Shown: piece by piece, positions 1 to 10,207 of the stretch
Position numbering within the stretch: position 1 is the stretch's first letter
Layout of the letters: each line of letters opens with the position of its first letter
From: Perkinsus olseni
Taxonomy: Eukaryota
Length of the DNA stretch: 20,000 nucleotides
Direction of reading: 5' to 3'
Assembly (NCBI GenBank): GCA_013115125.1
Contig: JABANN010000122.1
Location: forward strand, 48,110-68,109
The notes under the pieces: generated by a model
What the model was told of the DNA's origin: nothing
Databases searched by the model: none
Seen by the model: only the letters and a program-made list of their open reading frames with translations
Made by a program: the position numbers and the translations under genes

Positions 1-870
1 GGTCTTCTCTGAGGTCTTGAGAATTTATTTTTGGTCATCGTCAGTCGCTGTCACATTTTTGGTACTTCATCGTCATTTCTGATTTCAACAAACGAAACAA
101 TAACAACATGGACTCAGTGCCGATCACATCGATCAGCACTAGCATTAGTATCCTCTCTATTCACATCGTAGATTTGTTATCGGTATTGTACTGTCCTCTG
201 CGTAGTATGATCATCCTGATCAACATCATCAACATGATCATCAACACGAGGGCGACGACGAGATGATGTCTCTGAATGCAGAGGACGGAAGTAGAATCTA
301 GCTCACTATGATGAGTGCCAGTAGATACTGGTCTATCACGGGATATCTGAACAAACTAGTTGTCCTACTATGGTTAGTTCAGTATGCTCCTTGGTCGTCT
401 CATACGACCTTATCTGCCTTAAGCAATGGTTGTTGCTCTTGTGAACACGTAGGACTGCTACAACTGTTACTAGACCTTATCGAGATATGCTGTTGCAGCA
501 GCACACTTGTTGTTAGACTGCTGAATCACCACCACAACTCTCATCGATCGGATCGAATCACCTGTTGTGATCCTCTCCAACACGTTGTTGTGATACTTGC
601 TGCTCATGCTGACACCGCTGAGTGCTTAATCGGATACGTGGCGATAGAATCTCGTCGCGCATATTTTGTATTGTCCCCGATGTATGGCGAGTCATAACTA
701 GTCTTTGTGCTTATCATCATCATTATCACCATTGTTATCATCATAATGTTAGCTTCACCTGCGTCCGTGTTGTCATGTTGTATTACCGAGTGCGTTGCTC
801 TTCCTTCAGTATATGCTGCACAACAAGCTGGAGTCAACAGTCGGTTGGAGTCTTAGTGGAGCCCGTCCAT
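1..870 (-). CDS. Possible multi-exon hypothetical protein or gene fragments; structure unresolved
   Basis: Minus-strand GT-AG intron candidates (about 698-758 and 517-560) join open frames (...HDNTDAV MTRHTSGTIQNMRDEILSPRIRL...). No recognisable motif. An ATG at 38 (MTKNKFSRPQRR) may start another gene running off the window. Confidence 0.25.
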
Positions 871-1047
871 TTTATTTTTAGAAAATTGTACGTCTCCGTT
901 GCACAAATTGGCAAAGGAAATTCAAGGTTGATCTGGTCCGGGGGCGGGACGCATCGTCATGTTATTCAACAACAGTTTCACTTGATTGCCTCTTGTGCAT
1001 TACCTATCTTTCCGTATTATTGCACTTATACCTCTTGACACAACATC

Positions 1048-2522
1048 ATGAACGGTATTCCAACCCCGATGCCTGTTGACTTGTCTGATATGGACAAAAC
1101 TCAGCAGAGAGAGGATGACACTACTAGTGGATCTGAGTCTCAGAAGATCGTTCCTAAGGTAGGCGTCGTGGGCTCCCCTCTCTGGCTCCACTTCTCCCTA
1201 CTTTTCCTCGCAATTCGTCGGGTGTGGCGCTGTATAACTCGGATTTCACTAGTTGATGATTCTCAGGAATGTTCGAATTGCGGAAGGATTCCTGAGAATC
1301 CTTTGCGATGCGGTGTGTGTAAGAAGGTAGTCTACTGCGATCGGAAGTGTCAGAAGGAGGACTGGCGGTTCCACAAACGTATTTGCAAGAAGCCTCAACC
1401 GAAGAAGGATCCTGCTGTCGAGGCTGCTGAGAAGAAGGCAAGGCAACAGCGAGCTGCTGAGAAAAGTGAGCTCTGGAGCTATCCATCAGAGGAGATTTCA
1501 GAACAACGTCTCCTGATATCTCAGAGACCGTCGAGCCATTCCGGTCGACTAAGGATGATGATGTTGTGGTGGAGGATGAGAAGCTGTACTGGTAGGATGG
1601 TCATGAGTCATCAGTACGTCGTCCAACCGTCAACGACAAGGTATCGTCATCGGGAGTGGATACCAGAACATAAGCAAGAATTCAAGCCCCACGAGATTGA
1701 CGTATCGACAGCAGTGGAAGCCGACGCGGCGGAGGCCGGTGCTTCTAGTCCTCAAAAAATCCAAGCGACCGAGTCTGAGGGACACACCGGGAAGAGTGTG
1801 TGGAATACAGCTGATACGTAAGGGCCGCATACCGTCTACTTTCGCCCATCCATCCTTTGGTATCATTCTATTGGTCATCCTATCGATATAACCCTGATGT
1901 GGTGGCTATTGGTCGAGCGTGTAGTTGGTTGACTCTCATTAGATACGAAGAGCGGAATACCACCGAGTGGGCCAATGATTGGCTCAACAACAATCTTCCA
2001 GGTAGGAGGAGGAGCAGACACAATAGGGTCGAACGGAGCCTTAAATTCTCCGTCGGTCTAGGCTCTTCCTTTGATGGCCCTGAAGATATCAGTGTGGTGG
2101 TTGATTCCGTGAACAATCTTGAAGGAGATGCTGCCATACCGATCGTCAGAGGTGAGGTCGTCTTAGTTTCCCTTCGAGCTCCACCGTCCCATCGATCATC
2201 CCTCCGAACAGGTACAGCTCGGTATGTATACGACTACAAGTTTAAATTGGGCACCAGTGTCACGTTCAGGGGTGAGTTGTCGCTGAGGGGAGGACCGTCG
2301 TCTGGGAGAGATCCTCGATCAGGTCTTCAACTTGAAGCGGATATAACCGTGGATGACTTTGCTAATGACATGGAGCCCTACACCTTCCACGTGAATGTTA
2401 AGGACAAGCAGGGTGTTGATAGGGACGCCATCACCACAGCACGGTCTATCATAATTAAGGCCATCATCCCGCAGTTTATTTCCAAATTGGGCGAATTTGT
2501 GACGGAGTACCATAAGCTTTAG
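1048..2522 (+). CDS. MYND zinc-finger / Aha1 (activator of Hsp90 ATPase) N-terminal-like domain protein, ~320 aa, 8 exons
   Basis: Exons 1048-1158, 1267-1465, 1525-1591, 1641-1817, 1943-2001, 2062-2151, 2212-2271, 2323-2522; all GT-AG, total 963 nt in frame. The MYND motif is CSNC...CGVCKKVVYCDRKCQKEDWRFHKRIC. The C-terminal half SVWNTADTYEERNTTEWANDWL...VDSVNNLEGDAAIPIVRGTARYVYDYKFKL...FISKLGEFVTEY resembles Aha1_N. Confidence 0.8.
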
Positions 2523-2735
2523 ACAGCTATACTCCACCTCCATCATCAGAGCGGCGTGTTCTCTATGCCATATATACCTCGAGTACTGTACCGGATAACT
2601 CAAAGGATCGACAGAGCTGTTAAAATACCCAAGACACCTCGTCTCCATTGTCCATCACGCGTCTGTGTTCGCAGTGTTAATACCGGTGACGAGCTGGGGT
2701 GGAGGTGGTAAGCAGCGTTACTAGTCGCGCGAATC

Positions 2736-4360
2736 ATGCAAAAGTTCTACACTCCCCAATCGGAGGAGGATGCTCAGTACGAGAGCAACTACTATTTGAC
2801 GTGCTGCGAGGGGCATCCCGTTCCCCTGGCCTGCTGCATACACGTATCGTCATACATAGTTTGTACGCTTCCCGTCGCTAGGGCGCTATCATCATAGTCC
2901 CGATCATAGTGCTTTCTGGAGTTACCAGGGACTAGTTGATGTCATATCTGCATCATGGAAACAACACTTCTTTGGGGCTCTATGGCCGACATATTGAGGA
3001 GCTAATCGATCTGCTCAGGAGGACGAGGGATCACATCAATCATCTGGTCGGTCTGGTCTCTGATGAGATGTCGGGCAATCTGTGTTGTTAATGACTAGGA
3101 GTCTACCATGCGTAGTGTGCAAGAGAGCTTCGACCGAGAGGATGAAACATCAGTCGTTCTTATGGATCGAATGTACACGTCTGCAGGGTGCCTGACTTAT
3201 GGATCACCTCCTCCTGTGTCAAGGTACCAACTAGCACTACGGAATGTTCAACGTAGCCGCGACCTTCTCGTAATACTCACTAATGAGCATCGTAAATCAT
3301 CATCGACGAAATTGGACGATATACGACGGAGTTGTGAGGAAGCAATCGATCGATGCCGCCGAAAGAAGAATGTTCATTCGCAAGAGTGGCTAACTTCATA
3401 TACAACTGCGGTACGGATGGCCGAAAGATTGCGAGCTGCGGGGTCCACAAGTATGATGGCGCCTCTACACGAGTCTACCTCTCGGGCAATGATCATCAGG
3501 CGTGCAGATGTTGGAAGAGGAGATACAGCGTGAAGTTGGGCGGTTTGTGGTACGAAGAGCTTCTCTCCCCCTTCTGGAGTACACCAATGCCCTCACCTGT
3601 TCACCTCTCAGTTTTCGGATTAGTAGAAGTTGCCTCAGGGACGGTTGAGTTCAACCGACATGAATGATGGGCAGCAGACTTGGGTACAGGAGGAAGTCAG
3701 TACTGCGAGATCGCCGTCATACGTCCGAGCGGGTGGAGGATATGTCGCTCTTGATGAGATGATTAAGGATAAGGAGACCAAGTACCTCCGCACCAGATCC
3801 ACCATGCGGTGATTCATGTTCATTATCAAGAGTTGTGTTGCCTAACTGGCGGGCCACCCAGCAGGAGGAGGAGGAGGACGGTATCCTATCTGCTGCAAAC
3901 GAGAGAACTGATCATGTCTCTCGTGACGAGGCGTGAGTGAATATTCCCATGGTACACTCCGGATTGCCCCGAGTAACCCAACACAATGACGGAGAAACAT
4001 GCCGCTCAGCGAGGTCGGAATCTCTTGTTCGATCCGCGGGCGAGACGTGCTCCCAGCGGCGTCCGGTGACTCTGATGGTCGTCCGGGCTGTGTCCATCGA
4101 TGCCAGCGGCCGCTAGGACTCTTACAGCCAGAAGTGACGGCGATCTACCTGACAACCCCGTGGTGTCTTCTCTGGACAGGATTGATTGTGATATATAACC
4201 AGATTCCTGTGGAATACTCCATCTTGCCGACAATGCATGCGATCTGCCGTGTATCCATACGCTAGTACGGAGACGCTTCTTCATACCTTACGAGTCATCG
4301 GAATGAGCATGTAAACGGGCAGAACAACGACTTACACGGTGAGCGTAGTAAAGAGAGTAA
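2736..4360 (+). CDS. Multi-exon hypothetical protein with predicted helical/coiled-coil segment; both ends uncertain
   Basis: ATG at 2736 (MQKFYTPQSEEDAQYESNYY). Spliceable frames: HIEELIDLLRRTRDHINHL|ESTMRSVQESFDREDE...YQLALRNVQRSRDLLVILTNEH...VQMLEEEIQREV...RVVLPNWRATQQEEEED. The 3' exons are ambiguous. Confidence 0.5.
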
Positions 4361-4403
4361 TCCTGATAGTGGGACTCGGGTTGATATCGAGTCCCGAGTT
4401 GGA

Positions 4404-5925
4404 TTAGCAATAGCAACGGAGTCTACTACCCCAGGTCGATGTGGAAGTCTGACCTACAATCGGCTGCTGCTGCTGCACCAGGACTGGTCGGATGGATGAT
4501 GATGATGCCTTTACTTCAACTTCAGCATCAGCTGCCCAATCTGTTGCTCTGATCCTGAGCGCAGGACCATCAGAGTCACCACCACCACAGGGTGGCTGCT
4601 GTCTTATACACACACTAGCCTCAACAGACGCTGCCCCCGGGGCAATCTCTCCTTTCGATCCTGGGAATAATGCATTGGTACGAGCGTATGACACAATACT
4701 GACCAAGATAAGAACTAACGGTTAGCTCCTGGCCGATCGCTGCTAAAACCTCCGTCGCAAGCACATCACATTTAGCTGAGGGTAGATCGTCGGTCTCCAA
4801 TACCTCGTCTGCGTCCAACCTTTCAGCGTCATTGATGGCAACCTAATGGAGAGTATACGATGATGGTGAGATAAGCAGGGGGGGGCACTACAGTATGTAT
4901 CACACACTGGCATTCGGCATCATTCCCGAGGCTTTGATCTTTAACGACGACCTTTAATACAGCATCATCATCCTCCCCATCATCCTCGGTATCATCATCA
5001 GTATGAGCAGCAGCATCGAGTGGTGTAGAATCATAGAGGAGCCGCACCATAGTTGGGGCACGGAATACCTTAGCCATCATCACTGGAGAGCATGAACTAA
5101 CAGGCCTACTTGCAGGGCGTTGATGAGGGGCGATGCATAGATGGCAAACTCCGCCGGGAACTCTTGAACTGGTAGCTCCTGTAGGCGTCCTAGACGATGA
5201 TTGAACGTGAACGCCTGCAGACCAGCAGTGCTACCAACACTAGCAGAGGGGAGGAACTACTACCTTCAAATCGTATCCACGACAAGCATGTGCAGGGAAG
5301 AAGCATCCCGCTAGTACTGTCTTGGATAAGGATTCTAAAGAATGGCATGGCAGGAAGCCTGTGGCTGTTGTTGTTGTTGCTGACCAGTAGTCATGTAGAG
5401 GCCTGCTGTTGTCTGTTCATCATCATCATTAGTTGCCCTTATGTAAAGAATTGTTGAACTGCCGTCCCCATCTGCTTTTGTTGTTGTCTCCTTACCGGCT
5501 ACAGCTCTCAATGATTGAAGTAATAAAAGTAGATTATCGACATTCTGCAGCTGCATGGTGAGCCTATGATAGCATCCACCAGGCCGATCGATGTCGTTAC
5601 GATGATGGTGCTCTGATGCCGGGTTGCATGCCATACAATATTCAATTGCTGAATCATCGTAACGATGCTGAGCAGGCTGCAAGGATCCCTCCCTGTTGCC
5701 CAGCTTTGCCTGAGGTTCCCCCATACCAATTGCACATGACCTGGTGATACTAGAGGTTGTGCTGACAGTACGGGCCACTTCCTATCAGCATAGCGTTGTT
5801 GTTGATTCCATCGGAATAGTCGTGAGGGGCACACGAAGAGCCCATATGATGATGACTAACTCGGTAATGTATCCAAGTGTGATAGGAAACGGCGTCGTCG
5901 ATACAACACGATATTAATAATCATC
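4404..5925 (-). CDS. Multi-exon hypothetical protein; exact exon structure unresolved
   Basis: A series of minus-strand open frames flanked by GT/AG, e.g. VFRAPTMVRLLYDSTPLD..., LDADEVLETDDLPSAKCDVLATEVLAAIGQEL and IVSYARTNALFPGSKGEIAPG. No family motif recognised with confidence. Confidence 0.4.
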
Positions 5926-5957
5926 CATTTTTGTTGTTGTTGTTGTTTCAGTAATCA

Positions 5958-7076
5958 TTAATGTTCTCCTTGCTGTCCTGCAGGTTCTACCACTGCCTTT
6001 TGTGCTACGTACAGCTGCACCACACCCGATACAAAGTGCTTCACTTCGGTGACCTTCAAACCATTAGCATTCATCAGGTCGGTGAACTCCTCAGGGGAAG
6101 GGAACTCGAAAATGGACTTCTCCAGATACCGGTACCTACAGACCCACAGAGTGCACGAAGACTGACCAGGAGGGGAGGGTACTGTTACTCGTCCATGTTG
6201 CCAGATACAACACCACCCAGGATAGGTACCACATACCGAACGAAATACTTAGCAATAGGGGCAAGTATGGTACCAGTAGGAGCAGTAAACTCTAGTATAC
6301 CAACACGACTATCCGGGCTTGATACCAATACTCTACTCATCTCTCGAAGGGCTCTGAAGGAATACGCGCCGATGACGATGGCATGATGAAGACAGCTAGC
6401 TGTTGGGATTGGTGGTGGTGGTGGTGGTAGAACTTACTTGGCTCTGTCTGGAACGTTACGGATACCGAAGGACATGGTGATCTTGTCGATTGACTCATCA
6501 GAAACAGTTGTCAAGTTCTGGGCATCACCAACCTCAAGAGACACTCTATCATCGAGATGCTCCGAGACGATCTTCTCTTTACCAACAGATATCATACCTA
6601 AAAACAGGAGATACATGAATAAAGATTTAAAGGTTAGTAGGAGAGCTCACCAACACTGGGGTCAATACCCCTGACATGAGTAAGGTTGCCCATATGTGCG
6701 GCCATGATAGCGACATCACCGGTGCCTGTTGCCAGGTCAAGCAACTTGTCATCAGACTTCAAGTGAAGGGACTCCAACATAGCCTTACGCCAACTCTGAT
6801 CAAGTCCGAGGGACATGGCTCTGAGGGGCAGGAAATGGAGGTGACTCGAAGGCATCAGTGACCTCACCTGTTGCCCATATCGTAGTACTGAGCAATACGA
6901 TCGAACATCTTGCCGGAACCGAAAGCCTGTCGACTACCATCGGCCACCTTCTGCTGCTGCCCGGCAGTCCTATCAAATGACTGGTCAAGTATGACGTTAA
7001 GTAGGACCAGGGCCAGGGGCACGAGGAGAGCTACCACCCAACAAAAACGGAGACAGGAGAAGGCAGTACTCGCCAT
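5958..7076 (-). CDS. ubiE: UbiE/MenG/COQ5-family quinone biosynthesis C-methyltransferase, ~293 aa, 5 exons
   Basis: Exons 7076-6868, 6820-6651, 6597-6438, 6353-6189, 6135-5958 (882 nt, in frame). Family motifs: MFDRIAQYYDMGNRAMSLGLDQSWRK, SAM motif LLDLATGTGDVA, GDAQNL, ITMSFGIRNVPDRAKALREMSRVL, ILEF and YRYLEKSIFEFPSPEEF. Confidence 0.92.
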
Positions 7077-7240
7077 GGTGCCGGGAAGAAGAAGGAAGAG
7101 AGCAACTGCAGAGGGAAGCAAGTGTAGAGCACTGGCGCCTACGAACTCGACAATACATACACGAAACAGCTGTTACTGCTGTTACTGCTGATTCTAACTG
7201 CCAAACATGCCTTCAAAAACTAGATAATAATATCCACGAA

Positions 7241-9203
7241 TCAGGGTTGTTGCTGATATAGACTGAGGTTGTATCTACGAATACCATGATGGAAACTACT
7301 ATCACTATCCACTCACTATTACGCTGTGGTATTCCTATCGATGTGGGCTTTTAGATCATCGTATCTGACGATACTATCGAGTTGGACCACAACAACAACT
7401 GCTATGACTCCCTACTGTTCTCGGAGATGCCACGGCATATCATCATAAACATCATTGAACATGTCTATGATGGGTGCCCTCTTGTGTTTAGCCGAAGTCT
7501 AACGACAGGGGTGCATCAGCTACTGCTGCTGCTGCTCATGCTCAGACCTGCCTGCTACTACCTTCAAGCAGTCCAGGACCTCTGCGCGGTACTTTTTACC
7601 GCGATTAAGGAACTCATCCTCGGTGATGAGGTCCATCTTAATGAGGAGATTACGGAACCTTAATAATCCAAATCACAATAGTACTTGTTGTTGTTGTTAT
7701 GGACCTGCTGATAGGGTCTACACCATCCGATATCCATCCCTTCACTTCAGCATCAGCTCTGTATCTAACAACTACCCATCTCTGGTATTACCATAAACAA
7801 CAGCAGCACCTGGATGAATCATCAGATGTAGAATGATGACCCCTACGATAAGTCATAAGCTCCAGTAGTACCGGCCCTTCACCACCTTAAGGGGAGAACT
7901 ACCACTCCCTTGTCCCGTGGGAGGTGCTTACCCAGAGTGATCTCTCGCGCTTGTTTAGTTGCCTCGTATACAGCAATAACATCATTACCATCAACTCTTA
8001 GGCTTGGTAGTCCATAAGCTACACCACGTATTGCTATACCATCACCAGCATACTGCTCCGATACAGGAGTACCTGTCAATAATAATGATACATCAGTGCT
8101 ATGAGCAGCCCACAACCTTACTGATGGCATATCCATTATTACGACATACGAAGATGGCCTGACTCTTCATCACACTGGCAAAGTTGATAGCAGTGGCGAA
8201 GTCCCCCTCAGATGCTGCTCCGTCCCCGAAGAAGGTAACAGCACATCGATCAGCACCACTGGGAGGATTAGGAACGGTGGAATGGTGGTGGACAGATCGG
8301 AACGCATTACTCCAATTTGAAACTATATCCAGCTCCAGATGCGTGGGGTATGTTAACTCCTAATGGTGATGATACTGCTTGGATGTTACCCTACTACTAT
8401 GATAGGTAGTGATGATGATGATGATGACTACTACCTGTGGATAGCAGTAGTGTACAGGCATCTGTCTGCCCTTGCCTTGATCATACATGGTACTCATACA
8501 TTGATCGGTAACCTAGTAACGATACAGCTGATGGAGTTGGCGAACTGTGGTTATACTACTTGTTGTGTAGTAAAACCACGATAAAGGAACACACCTAATT
8601 CCCTATACTGAGGCCATACCATATCCTGGAACTTTAGACCAGCAGCTACTCCTGATAGACAGTAGCCGGGCAGTAGTGGATACGTGAGTAGCCCCCCTAC
8701 CGAGTTGTGTGGCCTCCTCACCATAATTTGTCATATAGAAAGATATCCTACCTTGACGCTGAACATCGTAGAGGACCTGGTCGTATGCATTGACCTAAAG
8801 TAGGATGATGCAGTAGTAATAGGAGCCTTCCTAAGGCAGGACCCGTATCATAATATCCAATATATGAAGTGCCTCGTCATTACTAAATGGTAGGCTGCCA
8901 TCTGGTGTCATTAACACGCTGTTTTCATCCAACCTCCGGAATACAGGGAAGGGTTCAACATGGGTTACAAACTTGAGGTCATTGCTCCACTGCCAATACA
9001 TCATCATCCTCACCACTGCTTGCCTCTACTACCTCAGTTGTCCTTGTACCAGCGAACAAAGGTTCCCCAACCCTACCCAGAGTCTGAGTCATACCCTCTC
9101 TTGTTGATACACCACGTGATGCAGGCTTGATACATGATGATAGACCACAACACGAAGCAGCACGACCATGTGCAACAGCCACCCGGCCACTTAACAACAA
9201 CAT
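7241..9203 (-). CDS. BCKDHA: Branched-chain alpha-keto acid (2-oxoisovalerate) dehydrogenase E1 alpha subunit, mitochondrial, ~443 aa, 14 exons
   Basis: Exons 9203-9033, 8989-8843, 8794-8701, 8651-8560, 8512-8435, 8390-8311, 8258-8122, 8072-7932, 7885-7810, 7764-7705, 7658-7562, 7498-7416, 7364-7323, 7274-7241 (1332 nt). Motifs: [32 protein letters not shown], the TPP motif [11 protein letters not shown]...[17 protein letters not shown] and [17 protein letters not shown]. The N-terminus is Arg/Ser-rich and acid-poor, like a mitochondrial presequence. Confidence 0.96.
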
Positions 9204-9331
9204 CTAACAAAGAGGATAATGAGGAAAAGCTGCAATACAGGCCAGGCTTGAGGTCTTGCTGAATCTTGAAATATCTCAACGCTTCTATGTCACCTTCGTC
9301 TACTACTGTCCATTGAATTTCTCTTTTTATC

Positions 9332-10048
9332 ATGGGATTCTGCGGTCGTGATACATCATTCCTGTGCTGCCTACCAGCGCGTTGGGGTACTTTCCTCACT
9401 ACTATTGTTGAAATTATCGTATGTGTTGGTATGGCTATTGTACCAAATATGATGTTATTGCAATCTGCTCTTGCCTTTGATATCCATTGTGATGAGTATA
9501 CCCTTACCCATACACAGGTCTCTCAGCTCACCGAAGACTTTAGACAACAGCTGAGGAGTAGAATATCAACATCAACCATCGAACAGGTCCATACAGCATA
9601 CTATGTGATGTTGGCCTTCATCGCTTTGGGTGCACTTGTCGGTCTTATTGGTTTAGCCTGCCGTAGTCCCTGGATGGTTAAGACTTATGCAGTATTCGAC
9701 GGTCTAAGTATCATTGCTATCATTGCCTTAGCCTGTGTCTATGTGTACCCTAACATATCAGCTGTGGCCGCCTCTACCAACTATATCTACTATCAGGATC
9801 TACCTGAGATCACTGGCCATCCGAGCGAGGATCTTGGAATATCAATCAAGAATGTATCATGGATTGCTGTAACAGGATTCCTAGTAATCCTGTCTATCAT
9901 TCGTATATGGTTTGTATCAGTAGCCGCTGATGCAGCTAGAGAGATCCGTCAAGATAACAAGTATATGGTGGTGGACTACAATCAACAACAACAACCGCTG
10001 TTGGTGGGTGGCCAGCCGAATGGCAGCAGTCGCGTTGTAGTGGTTTGA
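9332..10048 (+). CDS. Intronless four-transmembrane protein (tetraspan/LAPTM-like topology), 238 aa
   Basis: Single 717-nt ORF with four hydrophobic stretches (FLTTIVEIIVCVGMAIV; YYVMLAFIALGALVGLIGLAC; YAVFDGLSIIAIIALACVYVY; WIAVTGFLVILSIIRIWFVSVAA) and an N-terminal FLCCLP Cys motif. Confidence 0.8.
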   Translation: MGFCGRDTSFLCCLPARWGTFLTTIVEIIVCVGMAIVPNMMLLQSALAFDIHCDEYTLTHTQVSQLTEDFRQQLRSRISTSTIEQVHTAYYVMLAFIALGALVGLIGLACRSPWMVKTYAVFDGLSIIAIIALACVYVYPNISAVAASTNYIYYQDLPEITGHPSEDLGISIKNVSWIAVTGFLVILSIIRIWFVSVAADAAREIRQDNKYMVVDYNQQQQPLLVGGQPNGSSRVVVV

Positions 10049-10207
10049 GTGTTGATGGAGTAGATGATCATCATTGCAGCTGTCGTAAACATCATGGATC
10101 GTCGTTAGATAGATTTTCCCACCGCATGTTACTTGTGTTGCCCGTTATATAAATTACTCAACAATATAATAGTAAAAATATCACATAGAGGATGATACAT
10201 TATAAAA

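Noticed and set aside
5100-5400. Faint resemblance of one frame (LESLSKTVLAGCFF...) to the ORC5 C-terminal region
   Set aside because: The reading frame is ambiguous, no AAA+ motifs were seen, and the similarity is too weak without a profile search.
5961-7191. Plus-strand ORFs 5961-6386, 6438-6674, 6676-6861 and 6910-7191
   Set aside because: They are antisense shadows of the well-supported ubiE exons and have no motifs of their own.
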